Shown here in pieces: positions 26,096 through 38,959 of a stretch of 64,000 nucleotides of DNA. Origin of the DNA: Tubulanus polymorphus (lineage: Eukaryota > Animalia > Nemertea). The notes below the pieces were generated by a model. That model was not told the origin of the DNA. It was given only the letters and a program-made list of their open reading frames with translations, and made no database searches. The position numbers were made by a program, and so were the translations under genes. Location of the stretch: NCBI RefSeq assembly GCF_964204645.1, contig NC_134035.1, positions 12,246,451-12,310,450 of the forward strand, read 5' to 3'. Every line of letters begins with the position of its first letter. Position 1 is the first letter of the stretch.

Positions 26096-26761
26096 TCTCC
26101 TGTGTCTCATATGCACTTGTTTTCTGCATGCAATTTTTTTCTATCGCCTTTCTCTACTACCTGCAGCTTTCTCATTCAATAAATATCAATGTATATCAAC
26201 ATCATTGGGAGTGCACCTGGCCTTATATACCGCGCGGTAAATACCACTCTTTCTGTGATTGTGTAGTACCAGTAATTGATGATCATCGAGTGAGTGATTG
26301 GCCTGGCCCAGTTATTCTAAAATCACTGGGGCTTTAATTATTATAGGTAAATAATGATGAAAACTAGAAATTTAGATATTTCATCAAATTGATCGACGCA
26401 TCAATCGATCTATCTGTACTAACACTTATTGTAAATTTGTAAAAAGTTGTTGGTTTTTATTTGTATATTTGATATTTTTTAAATATTTTTTTCTTGATTT
26501 TAATTTCTACTTGTAAATATACTTTTTATGTATGTATTAAACTTGGAAACTTGGATTTTGAATATTATCTTAAAACCTTGTAATTTTCTTAACAACACAA
26601 TATCTAAACATCAATTCAAGCTATTTTAGCCCAGATTTAGGCCACATTTTCATAAAATAAAATTGCTTTATTTGATATAATCACAAGAAGAATTCGTTCA
26701 ATCTTGGCTTTATACTTTTACCAGTGCTTTTAAAGTTGTCCTGAGGTACGACGTTAAACTG

Positions 26762-26762
<1 letters not shown>

Positions 26763-26809
<47 letters not shown>

Positions 26810-27402
26810 CCTCTCTCTCTCTCTCTCTCCCTCTCCCTCTCCCTCTCCCTCTCCCTCTCCCTCTCCCTCTCCCTCTCCCTCTCCCTCTCCCTCTCCCTCT
26901 CCCTCTCCCTCTCCCTCTCCCTCTCCCTCTCCCTCTCCCTCTCCCTCTCCCTCTCCCTCTCCCTCTCCCTCTCCCTCTCCCTCTCCCTCTCCCTCTCCCT
27001 CTCCCTCTCCTCTCCCTCTCCCTCTCCCTCTCCCTCTCCCTCTCCCTCTCCCTCTCCCTCTCCCTCTCCCTCTCCCTCTCCCTCTCCCTCTCCCTCTCCC
27101 TCTCCCTTCCCCTTCCCCTTCACCTTCACCTTCACCTTCACCTTCACCTTCACCTTCCCCTTCACCTTCCCCTTCCCATCCCCCTCCATCCCTCTTTCCT
27201 CTCTCCCCTCTCCTCTCTTTCCTCCCTCTCTCCTCTCCTCTCTTTTCTCTCCTCTCTCTCCTCTCTCTTTTCTCTCTCTCTCCTCTCCTCTCTTTCCTCT
27301 CCCTCTCCTCTCTCTCTCTCCTCTCTTTCCTCTCTTTCCTCTCCCTCTCCTCTCTCTCCTCTCTCTCTTTCCTCTCTTTCCTCTCTCTCCTTTCTCTCTT
27401 CA
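26763..27402. repeat. 640-bp polypyrimidine tract: (CT)n, (CTCTCC)n, (CTTCAC)n
   Basis: Directly visible. Followed by (GAT)n at 27432-27466. Confidence 0.98.
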
Positions 27403-27429
27403 CTTTTCCCTCGCCGATTCGCGGTTTGG

Positions 27430-27465
<36 letters not shown>

Positions 27466-27589
27466 AATACAGAATTTATACTGAACAGCAGTTAAGAAAA
27501 TTTCCATTCGACACTGTATAAGATACCTCTAGTGGATTTGTCTTAAGAGACATCGATAAGAATACTGCTTCCCTTGGGCAACTATCAAA

Positions 27590-28970
27590 ATGTTTAAGTC
27601 TGAGAGTCTTTCTTATAGGATAGGTCTAAGTGTAAGACCTCTAAGACTGCTGAAGGATTGGTACAAATCTAAGACTGCATATGGGATAGGTCTAGTGTAA
27701 GTCTGCTTATAGGATAGGTCTAGTGTAAGAGTGCTTGTAGGATAGGTCTAAGTGTAAGTCTTCTAAGACTGCTTATGGGATAGGTCTAGTGTAAGACTTC
27801 TAAGACTGTTTGCGGGATAGGTCTGAGTGTAAGACTTCTGAGACTGCTTACGGGATAGGTCTAAGTGTAAGACTTCTAAGACTGCTTGTAGGATAGGTCT
27901 AAGTGTAAGACTTCTAAGACTGCTTGTGGGATAGGTCTAAGTGTAAGACTTCTAAGACTGCTTACGGGATAGGTCTAAGTGTAAGACTTCTAAGACTGCT
28001 TATGGGATAGGTCTGAGTGTAAGACTTCTAAGACTGCTTGTGGGATAGGTCTAAGTGTAAGACTTCTAAGACTGCTTATGGGATAGGTCTAAGTGTTAGA
28101 CTTCTAAGACTGCTTGTAGGATAGGTCTAAGTGTAAGACTTCTAAGACTGCTTACGGGATAGGTCTAAGTGTAAGACTTCTAAGACTGCTTATGGGATAG
28201 GTCTTAGTGTAAGACTTCTAAGACTGCTTGTAGGATAGGTCTAAGTGTAAGACTTCTAAGACTGCTTATGGGATAGGTCTAAGTGTAAGACTTCTAAGAC
28301 TGCTTGTAGGATAGGTCTAAGTGTAAGACTTCTAAGACTGCTTACGGGATAGGTCTAAGTGTAAGACTTCTAAGACTGCTTGTGGGATAGGTCTAAGTGT
28401 AAGACTTCTAAGGCTGCTTGTAGGATAGGTCTAAGTGTAAGACTTCTAAGACTGCTTACCGGATAGGTCTAAGTGTGAGACTTCTAAGACTGCTTGTAGG
28501 ATAGGTCTAAGTGTAAGACTTCTAAGACTGCTTACATGATAGGTCTAAGTGTAAGACTTCTAAGACTGCTTGTGGGATAGGTCTAAATGTAAGACTTCTA
28601 AGACTGCTTGTAGGATAGGTCTCAGTGTAAGACTTCTAAGACTGCTTGTAGGATAGGTCTAAGTGTGAGACTACTAAGACTGCTTGTAGGATAGGTCTAA
28701 GTGTAAGACTTTTAAGGCTGCTTGTAGGATAGGTCTAAGTGTAAGACTTTTAAGGCTGCTTGTAGGATAGGTCTAAGTGTAAGACTTCTAAGACTGCTTG
28801 TAGGATAGGTCTTAGTGTAAGACTTCTAAGACTGCTTATAAGACTACTTATAGGATAGGTGCAAATCTTGGGACTTCGTATGGCATAGGTCTAAGTGTAA
28901 GAGTGCTTATAGGATAGGTACAAATCTAAGACTGCTTATGGGATAGGTCTAAGTCTAAGACTTCTAAGAC
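27590..28970. repeat. 38-bp satellite (GGGATAGGTCTAAGTGTAAGACTTCTAAGACTGCTTAT), ~35 copies with degenerate edges
   Basis: Period 38 (e.g. 27901 to 27939). Confidence 0.97.
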
Positions 28971-29391
28971 ATAGTGTTGTAATACATGGTGTTGTGTGCT
29001 ATGTAGATTGCTATTAAGTTCAGCTATCTTGAAACATTGATATGTATACTGAAACATTGATACGTTGGTGATTTGACTGCTTGTCCTACCTCCCCTTCCT
29101 AGGGGGATGTCAGTTTTCAATAACTATGATACTGGCTTGTTGATGTGACCTTCTTCACTCTTTGATGTTCAAAATACGTATAAAATAATGATAGATATAG
29201 AATTATGATAAGTATAGGATAATAATAAGTTAAATAATAATACGCATGAAATGATAATAAGGTATAGAATAATAATAAGCATAGTAAAATAATTATAATA
29301 TGTTTCTCCTTCTTGATTATTGCTGTATGGTAGTTGCATCTACATCAAATTCACTGAATGATGCTGATAGCTGCTGTGCAGTTCAGCCATC

Positions 29392-29545
29392 TTGAAACAT
29401 TGATACATGTACTGAAACATTGATACATGTACTGGTACTGAAATATTGATACATGTACCGGTACTGAAATATTGATACATGTACTGAAACATTGATACAT
29501 GTACTGAAATATTGATACATGTACTGAAACATTGATCCACATACT
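29392..29545. repeat. 20-bp minisatellite (TGAAACATTGATACATGTAC), ~7 copies
   Basis: Tandem periodicity. Confidence 0.9.
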
Positions 29546-29797
29546 GATTTGGTGGTACGTTCTACCTCCTCTCCTCTGCTTTTAGGCGTAATATGAAAAA
29601 TGTCAGTCAACTATGATACTGGCTAGTTGATGTTACCTTCTTCACACTTTTGATACATATATTAAATGAATAACAGGTATGAAATAATAAGGTATACATA
29701 AAAGAATTATGAATTTTCTCCTCCTCCACCTCATGTAGGGATAATGTAGAGTTTTGGGTTCTCCTATCTACTCGTTCTTAAAATTTCAAGTAAAACA

Positions 29798-30705
29798 GAC
29801 TCAAAACACTGATTGCTACATCTTTAAATACGACTGGTTCCTACGGCATATGAATTTCCAATTCGCATTATCATTGATGTTAATTGTTAGTGACTCAAAA
29901 CACTGATTGCTGCCTTTTCCAAATACTGTTGATTGCTGCTGTAATGAATTTCCAATTCGCTTTATCATTGATGTTAATTGTCAGTGACTCAAAACACTGA
30001 TTGCTGCCTTTTCCAAATACTGTTGATTGCTGATGTAATGAATTTCCAATTCGCATTATCACTGATGTTAATTGTCAGTGACTCAAAACACTGATTGCTG
30101 CCTTTTCCAAATACTGTTGATTGCTGCTGTAATGAATTTCCAATTCGCTTTATCATTGACGTTAATTGTCAGTGACTCAAAACACTGATTGCTGCCTTTT
30201 CCAAATACTGTTGATTGCTGATGTAATGAATTTCCAATTCGCTTTATCATTGATGTTAATTGTCAGTGACTCAAAACACTGATTGCTGCCTTTTCCAAAT
30301 ACTGTTGATTGCTGCTGTAATGAATTTCCAATTCGCTTTATCATTGATGTTAATTGTCAGTGACTCAAAACACTGATTGCTGCCTTTTCCAAATACTGTT
30401 GATTGCTGCTGTAATGAATTTCCAATTCGCATTATCATTGACGTTAATTGTCAGTGACTCAAAACACTGATTGCTGCCTTTTCCAAATACTGTTGATTGC
30501 TGCTGTAATGAATTTCCAATTCGCTTTATCATTGACGTCAATTGTCTGTGACTCAAAACACTGATTGCTGCCTTTTCCAAATACTGTTGATTACTGCTGT
30601 AATGAATTTCCAATTCGCTTTATCATTGACGTCAATTGTCTGTGACTCAAAACACTGATTGCTGCCTTTTCCAAATACTGTTGATTGCTGCTGTAATGAA
30701 TTTCT
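29798..30705. repeat. 94-bp satellite, ~9.5 copies
   Basis: GACTCAAAACACTGATTGC recurs at 29892, 29986, 30080... Confidence 0.97.
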
Positions 30706-33700
30706 TCAACTGTCATGTAGAAACATGACAAACAAACTGAATTGTCAGTGCGTTACAACACTGATGACCTCCTTGAATACTGCTGCTTGCTGCTGGGTGT
30801 TAATTGATACGCTCTGTTTTGGGGTGATATCTAAAATATATATAAAAATTATTACATTAAACATTATAACAACATGAATCATCCTCCTTAAATAATGCTG
30901 CTTGCTGCTGGCTCTGTTTTGGGGTGATATTGAATTCAGGAGTCTCCTCCTTCCTTCTTCGACTGTCATGTAGAAACGTGACAAACAAACTGAATTGTCA
31001 GTGTGTTACATCACTGATGACCTCCTTTAATACTGCTGCTTGCTGCTGGGTGCTTTATGTCACTGATGACCTCCTTGAATACTGCTGTTTTCTGGTGGTG
31101 TTAATTGATACACTCTGTTTTGGGGTGATATTTAAAATATATATAAAAATTATTACATTAAACATTATAACAATATGAATCATCCTCCTTAAATACTGCT
31201 GCTTGCTGCTGGCTCGGTTTTGGGGTGATATTGAGTTCAGGAGTCTCCTCCTTCCTTCTTCGACTGTCATGTAGAAACGTGACAAACAAACTGAATTGTC
31301 AGTGTGTTACATCACTGATGACCTCCTTTAATACTGCTGCTTGCTGCTGGGTGTTAATTAATACACTCTGTTTTGGGATGAGTCTCCTCCTTCCTTCTTC
31401 AACTGTCATGTAGAAACGTGACAAACAAACTGAATTGTCAGTGCTTTATGTCACTGATGACCTCCTTGAATACTGCTGTTTTCTGGTGGTGTTAATTGAT
31501 ACACTCTGTTTTGGGGTGATATTTAAAATATATATAAAAATTATTACATTATACATTATAACAACATGAATCATCCTCCTTAAATACTGCTGCTTGCTGC
31601 TGGCTCTGTTTTGGGGTGATAGTGAGTTCAGGAGTCTCCTCCTTCCTGCTTCAACTGTCATGTAGAAACGTGACAAACAAACTGAATTGTCAATGTGTTA
31701 CATCACTGATGACCTCCTTTAATACTGCTGCTTGCTGCTGGGTGTTAATTGATACACTCTGTTTTAGGGTGATATTGAGTTCAGGAGTCTCCTCCTTCCT
31801 TCTTCAACTGTCATGTAGAAACGTGACAAACAAACTGAATTGTCAGTGCTTTATGTCACTGATGACCTCCTTGAATACTGCTGTTTTCTGGTGGTGTTAA
31901 TTGATACACTCTGTTTTGGGGTGATATTTAAAATATATATAAAAATTATTACATTATACATTATAACAACATGAATCATCCTCCTTAAATACTGCTGCTT
32001 GCTGCTGGCTCTGTTTTGGGGTGATAGTGAGTTCAGGAGTCTCCTCCTTCCTGCTTCAACTGTCATGTAGAAACGTGACAAACAAACTGAATTGTCAATG
32101 TGTTACATCACTGATGACCTCCTTTAATACTGCTGCTTGCTGCTGGGTGTTAATTGATACACTCTGTTTTAGGGTGATATTGAGTTCAGGAGTCTCCTCC
32201 TTCCTTCTTCAACTGTCATGTAGAAACATGACAAACAAACTGAATTGTCAGTGCGTTACATCACTGATGGGCTCCTTTAATACAGCTGCTTGCTGCTGGC
32301 TTGGTTTTGGGGTTATATTGAGATCAGGAGTCTCCTCCTTCCTGCTTCAACTGTCATGTAGAAACGTGACAAACAAGCTGAATTGTCAGTGTGTTACATC
32401 ACTGATGACCTCCTTTAATACTGCTGTTTTCTGGTGGTGTTAATTGATACACTCTGTTTTGGGGTGATATTTAAAATATATATAAAAATTATTACATTAA
32501 ACATTATAACAATATGAATCATCCTCCTTAAATACTGCTGCTTGCTGCTGGCTCGGTTTTGGGGTGATATTGAGTTCAGGAGTCTCCTCCTTCCTTCTCC
32601 GACTGTCATGTAGAAACGTGACAAACAAACTGAATTGTCAGTGTGTTACATCACTGATGACCTCCTTGAATACTGCTGTTTTCTGGTGGTGTTAATTGAT
32701 ACACTCTGTTTTGGGGTGATATTTAAAATATATATAAAAATTATTACATTAAACATTATAACAATATGAATCATCCTCCTTAAATACTGCTGCTTGCTGC
32801 TGGCTCGGTTTTGGGGTGATATTGAGTTCAGGAGTCTCCTCCTTCCTTCTTCGACTGTCATGTAGAAACGTGACAAACAAACTGAATTGTCAGTGTGTTA
32901 CATCACTGATGACCTCCTTGAATACTGCTGTTTTCTGGTGGTGTTAATTGATACACTCTGTTTTGGGGTGATATTTAAAATATATATAAAAATTATTACA
33001 TTAAACATTATAACATCATGAATCACCCTCCTTAAATGCTGCTGCTTGCTGCTGGCTCTGTTTTGGGGTTATATTGAGATCAGGAGTCTCCTCCTTCCTG
33101 CTTCAACTGTCATGTAGAAACGTGACAAACAAACTGAATTGTCAGTGTGTTACATCACTGATGACCTCCTTGAATACTGCTGCTTGCTGCTGGGTGTTAA
33201 TTAATACACTCTGTTTTAGGGTGATATTTAAAATATATATAAAAATTATTACATTAAACATTATAACAACATGAATCATCTTCCTTAAATACTGCTGCTT
33301 GCTGCTGGCTCTGTTTTGGGGTGATGGTGAGTTCAGGAGTCTCCTCCTTCCTGCTTCAACTGTCATGTAGAAACGTGACAAACAAACTGAATTGTCAGTG
33401 TGTTACAACACTGATGACCTCCTTTAATACTGCTGCTTGCTGCTGGCTCTGTTTTGGGGTGATATTGAGATCAGGAGTCTCCTTCCTGCTTCAACTGTCA
33501 TGTAGAAACGTGACAAGCAAACTGAATTGTCAGTGCGTTAAATCATTGATGACCTCCTTTAATACTGCTGCTTGCTGCTGGGTGTTAATTGATACGCTCT
33601 GTTTTGGGGTGATATCTAAAATACATATAAAAATTATTACATTAAACATTATAACAATATGAATCATCCTCCTTAAATACTGCTGCTTGCTGCTGGCTCG

Positions 33701-35480
33701 GTTTTGGGGTGATATTGAGTTCAGGAGTCTCCTCCTTCCTTCTTCGACTGTCATGTAGAAACGTGACAAACAAACTGAATTGTCAGTGTGTTACATCACT
33801 GATGACCTCCTTAAATACTGCTGTTTTCTGGTGGTGTTAATTGATACACTCTGTTTTGGGGTGATATTTAAAATATATATAAAAATTATTACATTATACA
33901 TTATAACAACATGAATCATCCTCCTTAAATACTGCTGCTTGCTGCTGGCTCTGTTTTGGGGTGATATTGAGTTCAGGAGTCTCCTCCTTCCTTCTTCGAC
34001 TGTCATGTAGAAACATGACAAACGAACTGAATTGTCAGTGTGTTACATCACTGATGACCTCCTTGAATACTGCTGCTTGCTGCTGGGTGTTAATTAATAC
34101 ACTCTGTTTTAGGGTGATATTTAAAATATATATAAAAATTATTACATTAAACATTATAACAACATGAATCATCTTCCTTAAATACTGCTGCTTGCTGCTG
34201 GCTCTGTTTTGGGGTGATGGTGAGTTCAGGAGTCTCCTCCTTCCTGCTTCAACTGTCATGTAGAAACGTGACAAATAAACTGAATTGTCAATGTGTTACA
34301 TCACTGATGACCTCCTTTAATACTGCTGCTTGCTGCTGGCTTGGTTTTGGGGTTATATTGAGATCAGGAGTCTCCTCCTTCCTGCTTCAACTGTCATGTA
34401 GAAACGTGACAAACAAACTGAATTGTCAGTGTGTTACATCACTGATGACCTCCTTTAATACTGCTGCTTGCTGCTGGCTTGGTTTTGGGGTTATATTGAG
34501 ATCAGGAGTCTCCTCCTTCCTGCTTCAACTGTCATGTAGAAACGTGACAGGCAAACTGAATTGTCAGTGTGTTACATCACTGATGACCTCCTTTAATACT
34601 GCTGCTTGCTGCTGGCTCTGTTTTGGGGTTATATTGAGATCAGGAGTCTCCTCCTTCCTGCTTCAACTGTCATGTAGAAACGTGACAAACAAAAACTGAA
34701 TTGTCAGTGTGTTACATCACTGATGACCTCCTTTAATACTGCTGCTTGCTGCTGGCTCTGTTTTGGGGTGATATTGAGATCAGGAGTCTTCTCCTTCCTG
34801 CTTCAACTGTCATGTAGAAACGTGACAAACAAACTGAATTGTCAGTGTGTTACAACACTGATGACCTCCTTTAATACTGCTGCTTGCTGCTGGCTCTGTT
34901 TTTGGGGTGATATTGAAATCAGGAGTCTCCTCCTTCCTTCTTCAACTGTCATGTAGAAACGTGACAAACAAACTGAATTGTCAGTGTGTTACATCACTGA
35001 TGACCTCCTTTAATACTGCTGCTTGCTGCTGGCTCTGTTTTGGGGTGATATTGAGATCAGGAGTCTTCTCCTTCCTGCTTCAACTGTCATGTAGAAACGT
35101 GACAAACAAACTGAATTGTCAGTGTGTTACAACACTGATGACCTCCTTTAATACTGCTGCTTGCTGCTGGCTCTGTTTTGGGGTGATATTGAGATCAGGA
35201 GTCTTCTCCTTCCTGCTTCAACTGTCATGTAGAAACGTGACAAACAAACTGAATTGTCAGTGCGTTACAACACTGATGACCTCCTTTAATACTGCTGCTT
35301 GCTGCTGGCTCTGTTTTTGGGGTGATATTGAAATCAGGAGTCTCCTCCTTCCTTCTTCAACTGTCATGTAGAAACGTGACAAACAAACTGAATTGTCAGT
35401 GTGTTACATCACTGATGGGCTCCTTTAATACAGCTGCTTGCTGATTGGTGTTAATTGATACACTCTGTTTTGGGGTGATA
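30706..35480. repeat. Modular satellite with interspersed ~138, ~153 and ~252 bp unit variants
   Basis: Core CTGTCATGTAGAAACGTGACAAACAAACTGAATTGTCAGTG recurs ~25 times, with optional blocks; source of the many similar ORFs. Confidence 0.97.
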
Positions 35481-35499
35481 TATTGATTTTTGGTGAGTT

Positions 35500-36760
35500 T
35501 TGCTTCCTGATCTCCCTTATTGCGACTTAACGTTTTAAATGTATGAATATTCAAAGCAGCTATCCATCGATAGCTTTGTGGTGGTTGTATCATTGAAATG
35601 TCGCTGGTGTTGGTTCTGTGTATAAATTGTAATATATGTTGGTGAATTGGGATTGATTCTTATGTTTTCTGATCGTCCTTATTGCGACTTTACGTTTTAA
35701 ATGTATAAATATTCAAAACAGCTATCCATCGATAGCTTTGTGGTGGTTGTATCATTGAAATGTCGCTGGTGTTGGTACATTGTATATATTGTAATATATG
35801 TCGGTTAGTTGGGATTGATTCTTATGTTTTCTGATCATCCTTATCGTGACTTAACGTTTTAAATGTATAAATATTCAAAGCAGCTATCCATCGATAGCTT
35901 TGTGGTGGTTGTATCATTGAAATGTCGCTGGTGTTGGTACATTGTATATATTGTAATATATGTCGGTTAGTTGGGATTGATTCTTATGTTTTCTGATCAT
36001 CCTTATCGTGACTTAACGTTTTAAATGTATAAATATTCAAAACAGCTATCCATCGATAGCTTTGTGGTGGTTGTATCATTGAAATGTCGCTGGTGTTGGT
36101 ACATTGTATATATTGTAATATATGTCGGTTAGTTGGGATTGATTCTTATGTTTTCTGATCATCCTTATCGTGACTTAACGTTTTAAATGTATAAATATTC
36201 AAAACAGCTATCCATCGATAGCTTTGTGGTGGTTGTATCATTGAAATGTCGCTGGTGTTGGTACATTGTATATATTGTAATATATGTCGGTTAGTTGGGA
36301 TTGATTCTTATGTTTTCTGATCATCCTTATCGTGACTTTACGTTTTAAATGTATAAATATTCAAAGCAGCTATCCATCGATAGCTTTGTGGTGGTTGTAT
36401 CATTGAAATGTCGCTGGTGTTGGTACATTGTATATATTGTAATACATGTTGCTTAGTTGGGATTGATTCTTATGTTTTCTGATCATCCTTATCGTGACTT
36501 TACGTTTTAAATGTATAAATATTCAAAACAGCTATCCATCGATAGCTTTGTGGTGGTTGTATCATTGAAATGTCGCTGGTGTTGGTTCTGTGTATAAATT
36601 GTAATATATGTCGGGTAATTGGGATTGATTCTTATGTTTTCTGATCGTCCTTATTGGGACTTTACGTTTTAAATGTATAGATATTCAAAGCATCTATCCA
36701 TTGATAGCTTTGTGGTGGTTGTATCATTGAAATGTCGCTGGTGTTGGTACTGTGTATATG
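35500..36760. repeat. 162-bp satellite, ~7.7 copies, each with an AGCTATC-CATC-GATAGCT hairpin
   Basis: CAGCTATCCATCGATAGCT at 35719, 35881, 36043... Confidence 0.97.
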
Positions 36761-36865
36761 GTATCAGCAAATTGTTATCATATTACACATTTTAAAAGTG
36801 TTATATTCAAAGATGCTATTGCTTGATAGCTTCAACTTTGTTCTTTGCACCTGAAGGTTGATAAT

Positions 36866-38200
36866 TGTCATGTAGAAACGTGACAAACGAACTGAATTGT
36901 CAGAGTGTTACATCACTGATGACCTCCTTTAATACTGCTACTTGCTGCTGGGTGTTAATTGATACACTCTGTTTTGGGGTGATATTGAGTTCAGGAGTCT
37001 CCTCCTTCCTTCTTCAACTGTCATGTAGAAACATGACAAACGAACTGAATTGTCAGTGCGTTACAACACTGATGACCTCCTTTAATACTGCTTCTTGCTG
37101 CTGGTTGTTAATTGATACACTCTGTTTTGGGGTGATATTGAGTTCAGGAGTCTCCTCCTTCCTTCTTCAACTGTCATGTAGAAACATGACAAACGAACTG
37201 AATTGTCAGTGCGTTACAACACTGATGACCTCCTTTAATACTGCTACTTGCTGCTGGGTGTTAATTGATACACTCTGTTTTGGGGTGATATTGAGTTCAG
37301 GAGTCTCCTCCTTCCTTCTTCGACTGTCATGTAGAAACATGACAAACGAACTGAATTGTCAGTGCGTTACAACACTGATGACCTCCTTTAATACTGCTGC
37401 TTGCTGCTGGGTGTTAATTGATACGCTCTGTTTTGGGATGAGTCTCCTCCTTCCTTCTTCAAAAGTCATGTAGAAACGTGACAAACAAACTGAATTGTCA
37501 GTGTGTTACATCACTGATGGGCTCCTTTAATACTGCTGCTTGCTGCTGGCTCTGTTTTGGGGTTATATTGAGATCAGGAGTCTCCTCCTTCCTTCTTCAA
37601 CAGTCATGTAGAAACGTGACAAACAAACTGAATTTTCAGTGTGTTTCATCACTGATGACCTCCTTTAATACTGCTGCTTGCTGCTGGGTGTTAATTGATA
37701 CACACTGTTTTGGGGTGATATTGAGTTCAGGAGTCTCCTCCTTCCTTCTTCAACTGTCATGTAGAAACATGACAAACAAACTGAATTGTCAGTGTGTTAC
37801 ATCACTGATGACCTCCTTTAATACTGCTGCTTGCTGCTGGGTGTTAATTAATACACTCTGTTTTGGGATGAGTCTCCTCCTTCCTTCTTCAACAGTCATG
37901 TAGAAACGTGACAAACAAACTGAATTGTCAGTGTGTTACATCACTGATGGGCTCCTTTAATACTGCTGCTTGCTGCTGGCTCTGTTTTGGGGTGATATTG
38001 AGTGCAGGAGTCTCCTCCTTCCTTCTTCAACTGTCATGTAGAAACGTGACAAACGAACTGAATTGTCAGTGCGTTACAACACTGATGACCTCCTTTAATA
38101 CTGCTGCTTGCTGCTGGGTGTTAATTAATACACTCTGTTTTGGGGTGATATATTGAGTTTTGGGGAGTTTTGCTGCCTGATCTCCCTTGTAGCGACTTTA
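36866..38200. repeat. Second block of the modular ~138/153 bp satellite
   Basis: Same core as 30706-35480, ~9 units. Confidence 0.97.
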
Positions 38201-38548
38201 CGTAAAAAGAATAAAAGGTATAAAAGAATAATAGGTTTAAAAGAATGATGTGAAATAATTATAGTTTCCTATAAACTTTACATGTCAATGAAGAAACAGA
38301 TGGGAAATACTGTTACATGTTAATTTCTACATTCTGTTCTAATTAAGGGTGATGATTAAAACTTGAATGAGTCATTACTTGTTCAGTAGATTTGTTAGAT
38401 AGGAATCAGCTAAACTGGATCAGAGTGTTTTATCAATTCTGATAAACTCTAAACCTGAGTTAATAAAACTTCAAAACATTGGAGTCAATTCTTATCCATT
38501 ATAGCCTATTAAATGAAGATCGATCATCATAAACACCGGTGAAAACAA

Positions 38549-38625
38549 TTGACGTCTCACTTTGCACCTGACGTCTCACTTTGTACCTGACGTCTCACTT
38601 TGTACCTGACTTCTCACTTTGCACT
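38549..38625. repeat. 19-bp tandem repeat (TGACGTCTCACTTTGTACC) x4
   Basis: Direct; three units carry a CRE-like TGACGTC. Confidence 0.85.
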
Positions 38626-38959
38626 GATGCATCCATGCACTAATGCACTTGCATGAAATGGCACTAAATACATAAAGACACACAAATTGTGTTTATGTAT
38701 ATTTCAGGGGATACACATGCACACCCGCGGGTCCATGCGCATGATCGGCATGTAGAGTGCTATCTTTGTTTGTGTGTGGATATAATTTGTGATAATGTTT
38801 CAGTGTTTGTCATTGAAAAGCATTAATTCTACAAACAATCTTAAATACTCATTTTGTAAACAAAAACATAAAAGGTTAATGATTAATTGTAAAATGGTAA
38901 AAATGAAATGTGAAAATATCTATGTCTGAAATAATGTACTGAAGATTAAGTCGCAGTGG

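Noticed and set aside
26681-27403. ER/GE/GR-repeat ORFs
   Set aside because: Translation of a polypurine microsatellite.
30365-38156. Many similar Cys-rich or MSRFY... ORFs
   Set aside because: Unspliced translations of satellite monomers with frequent frameshifts; no coding constraint is evident.
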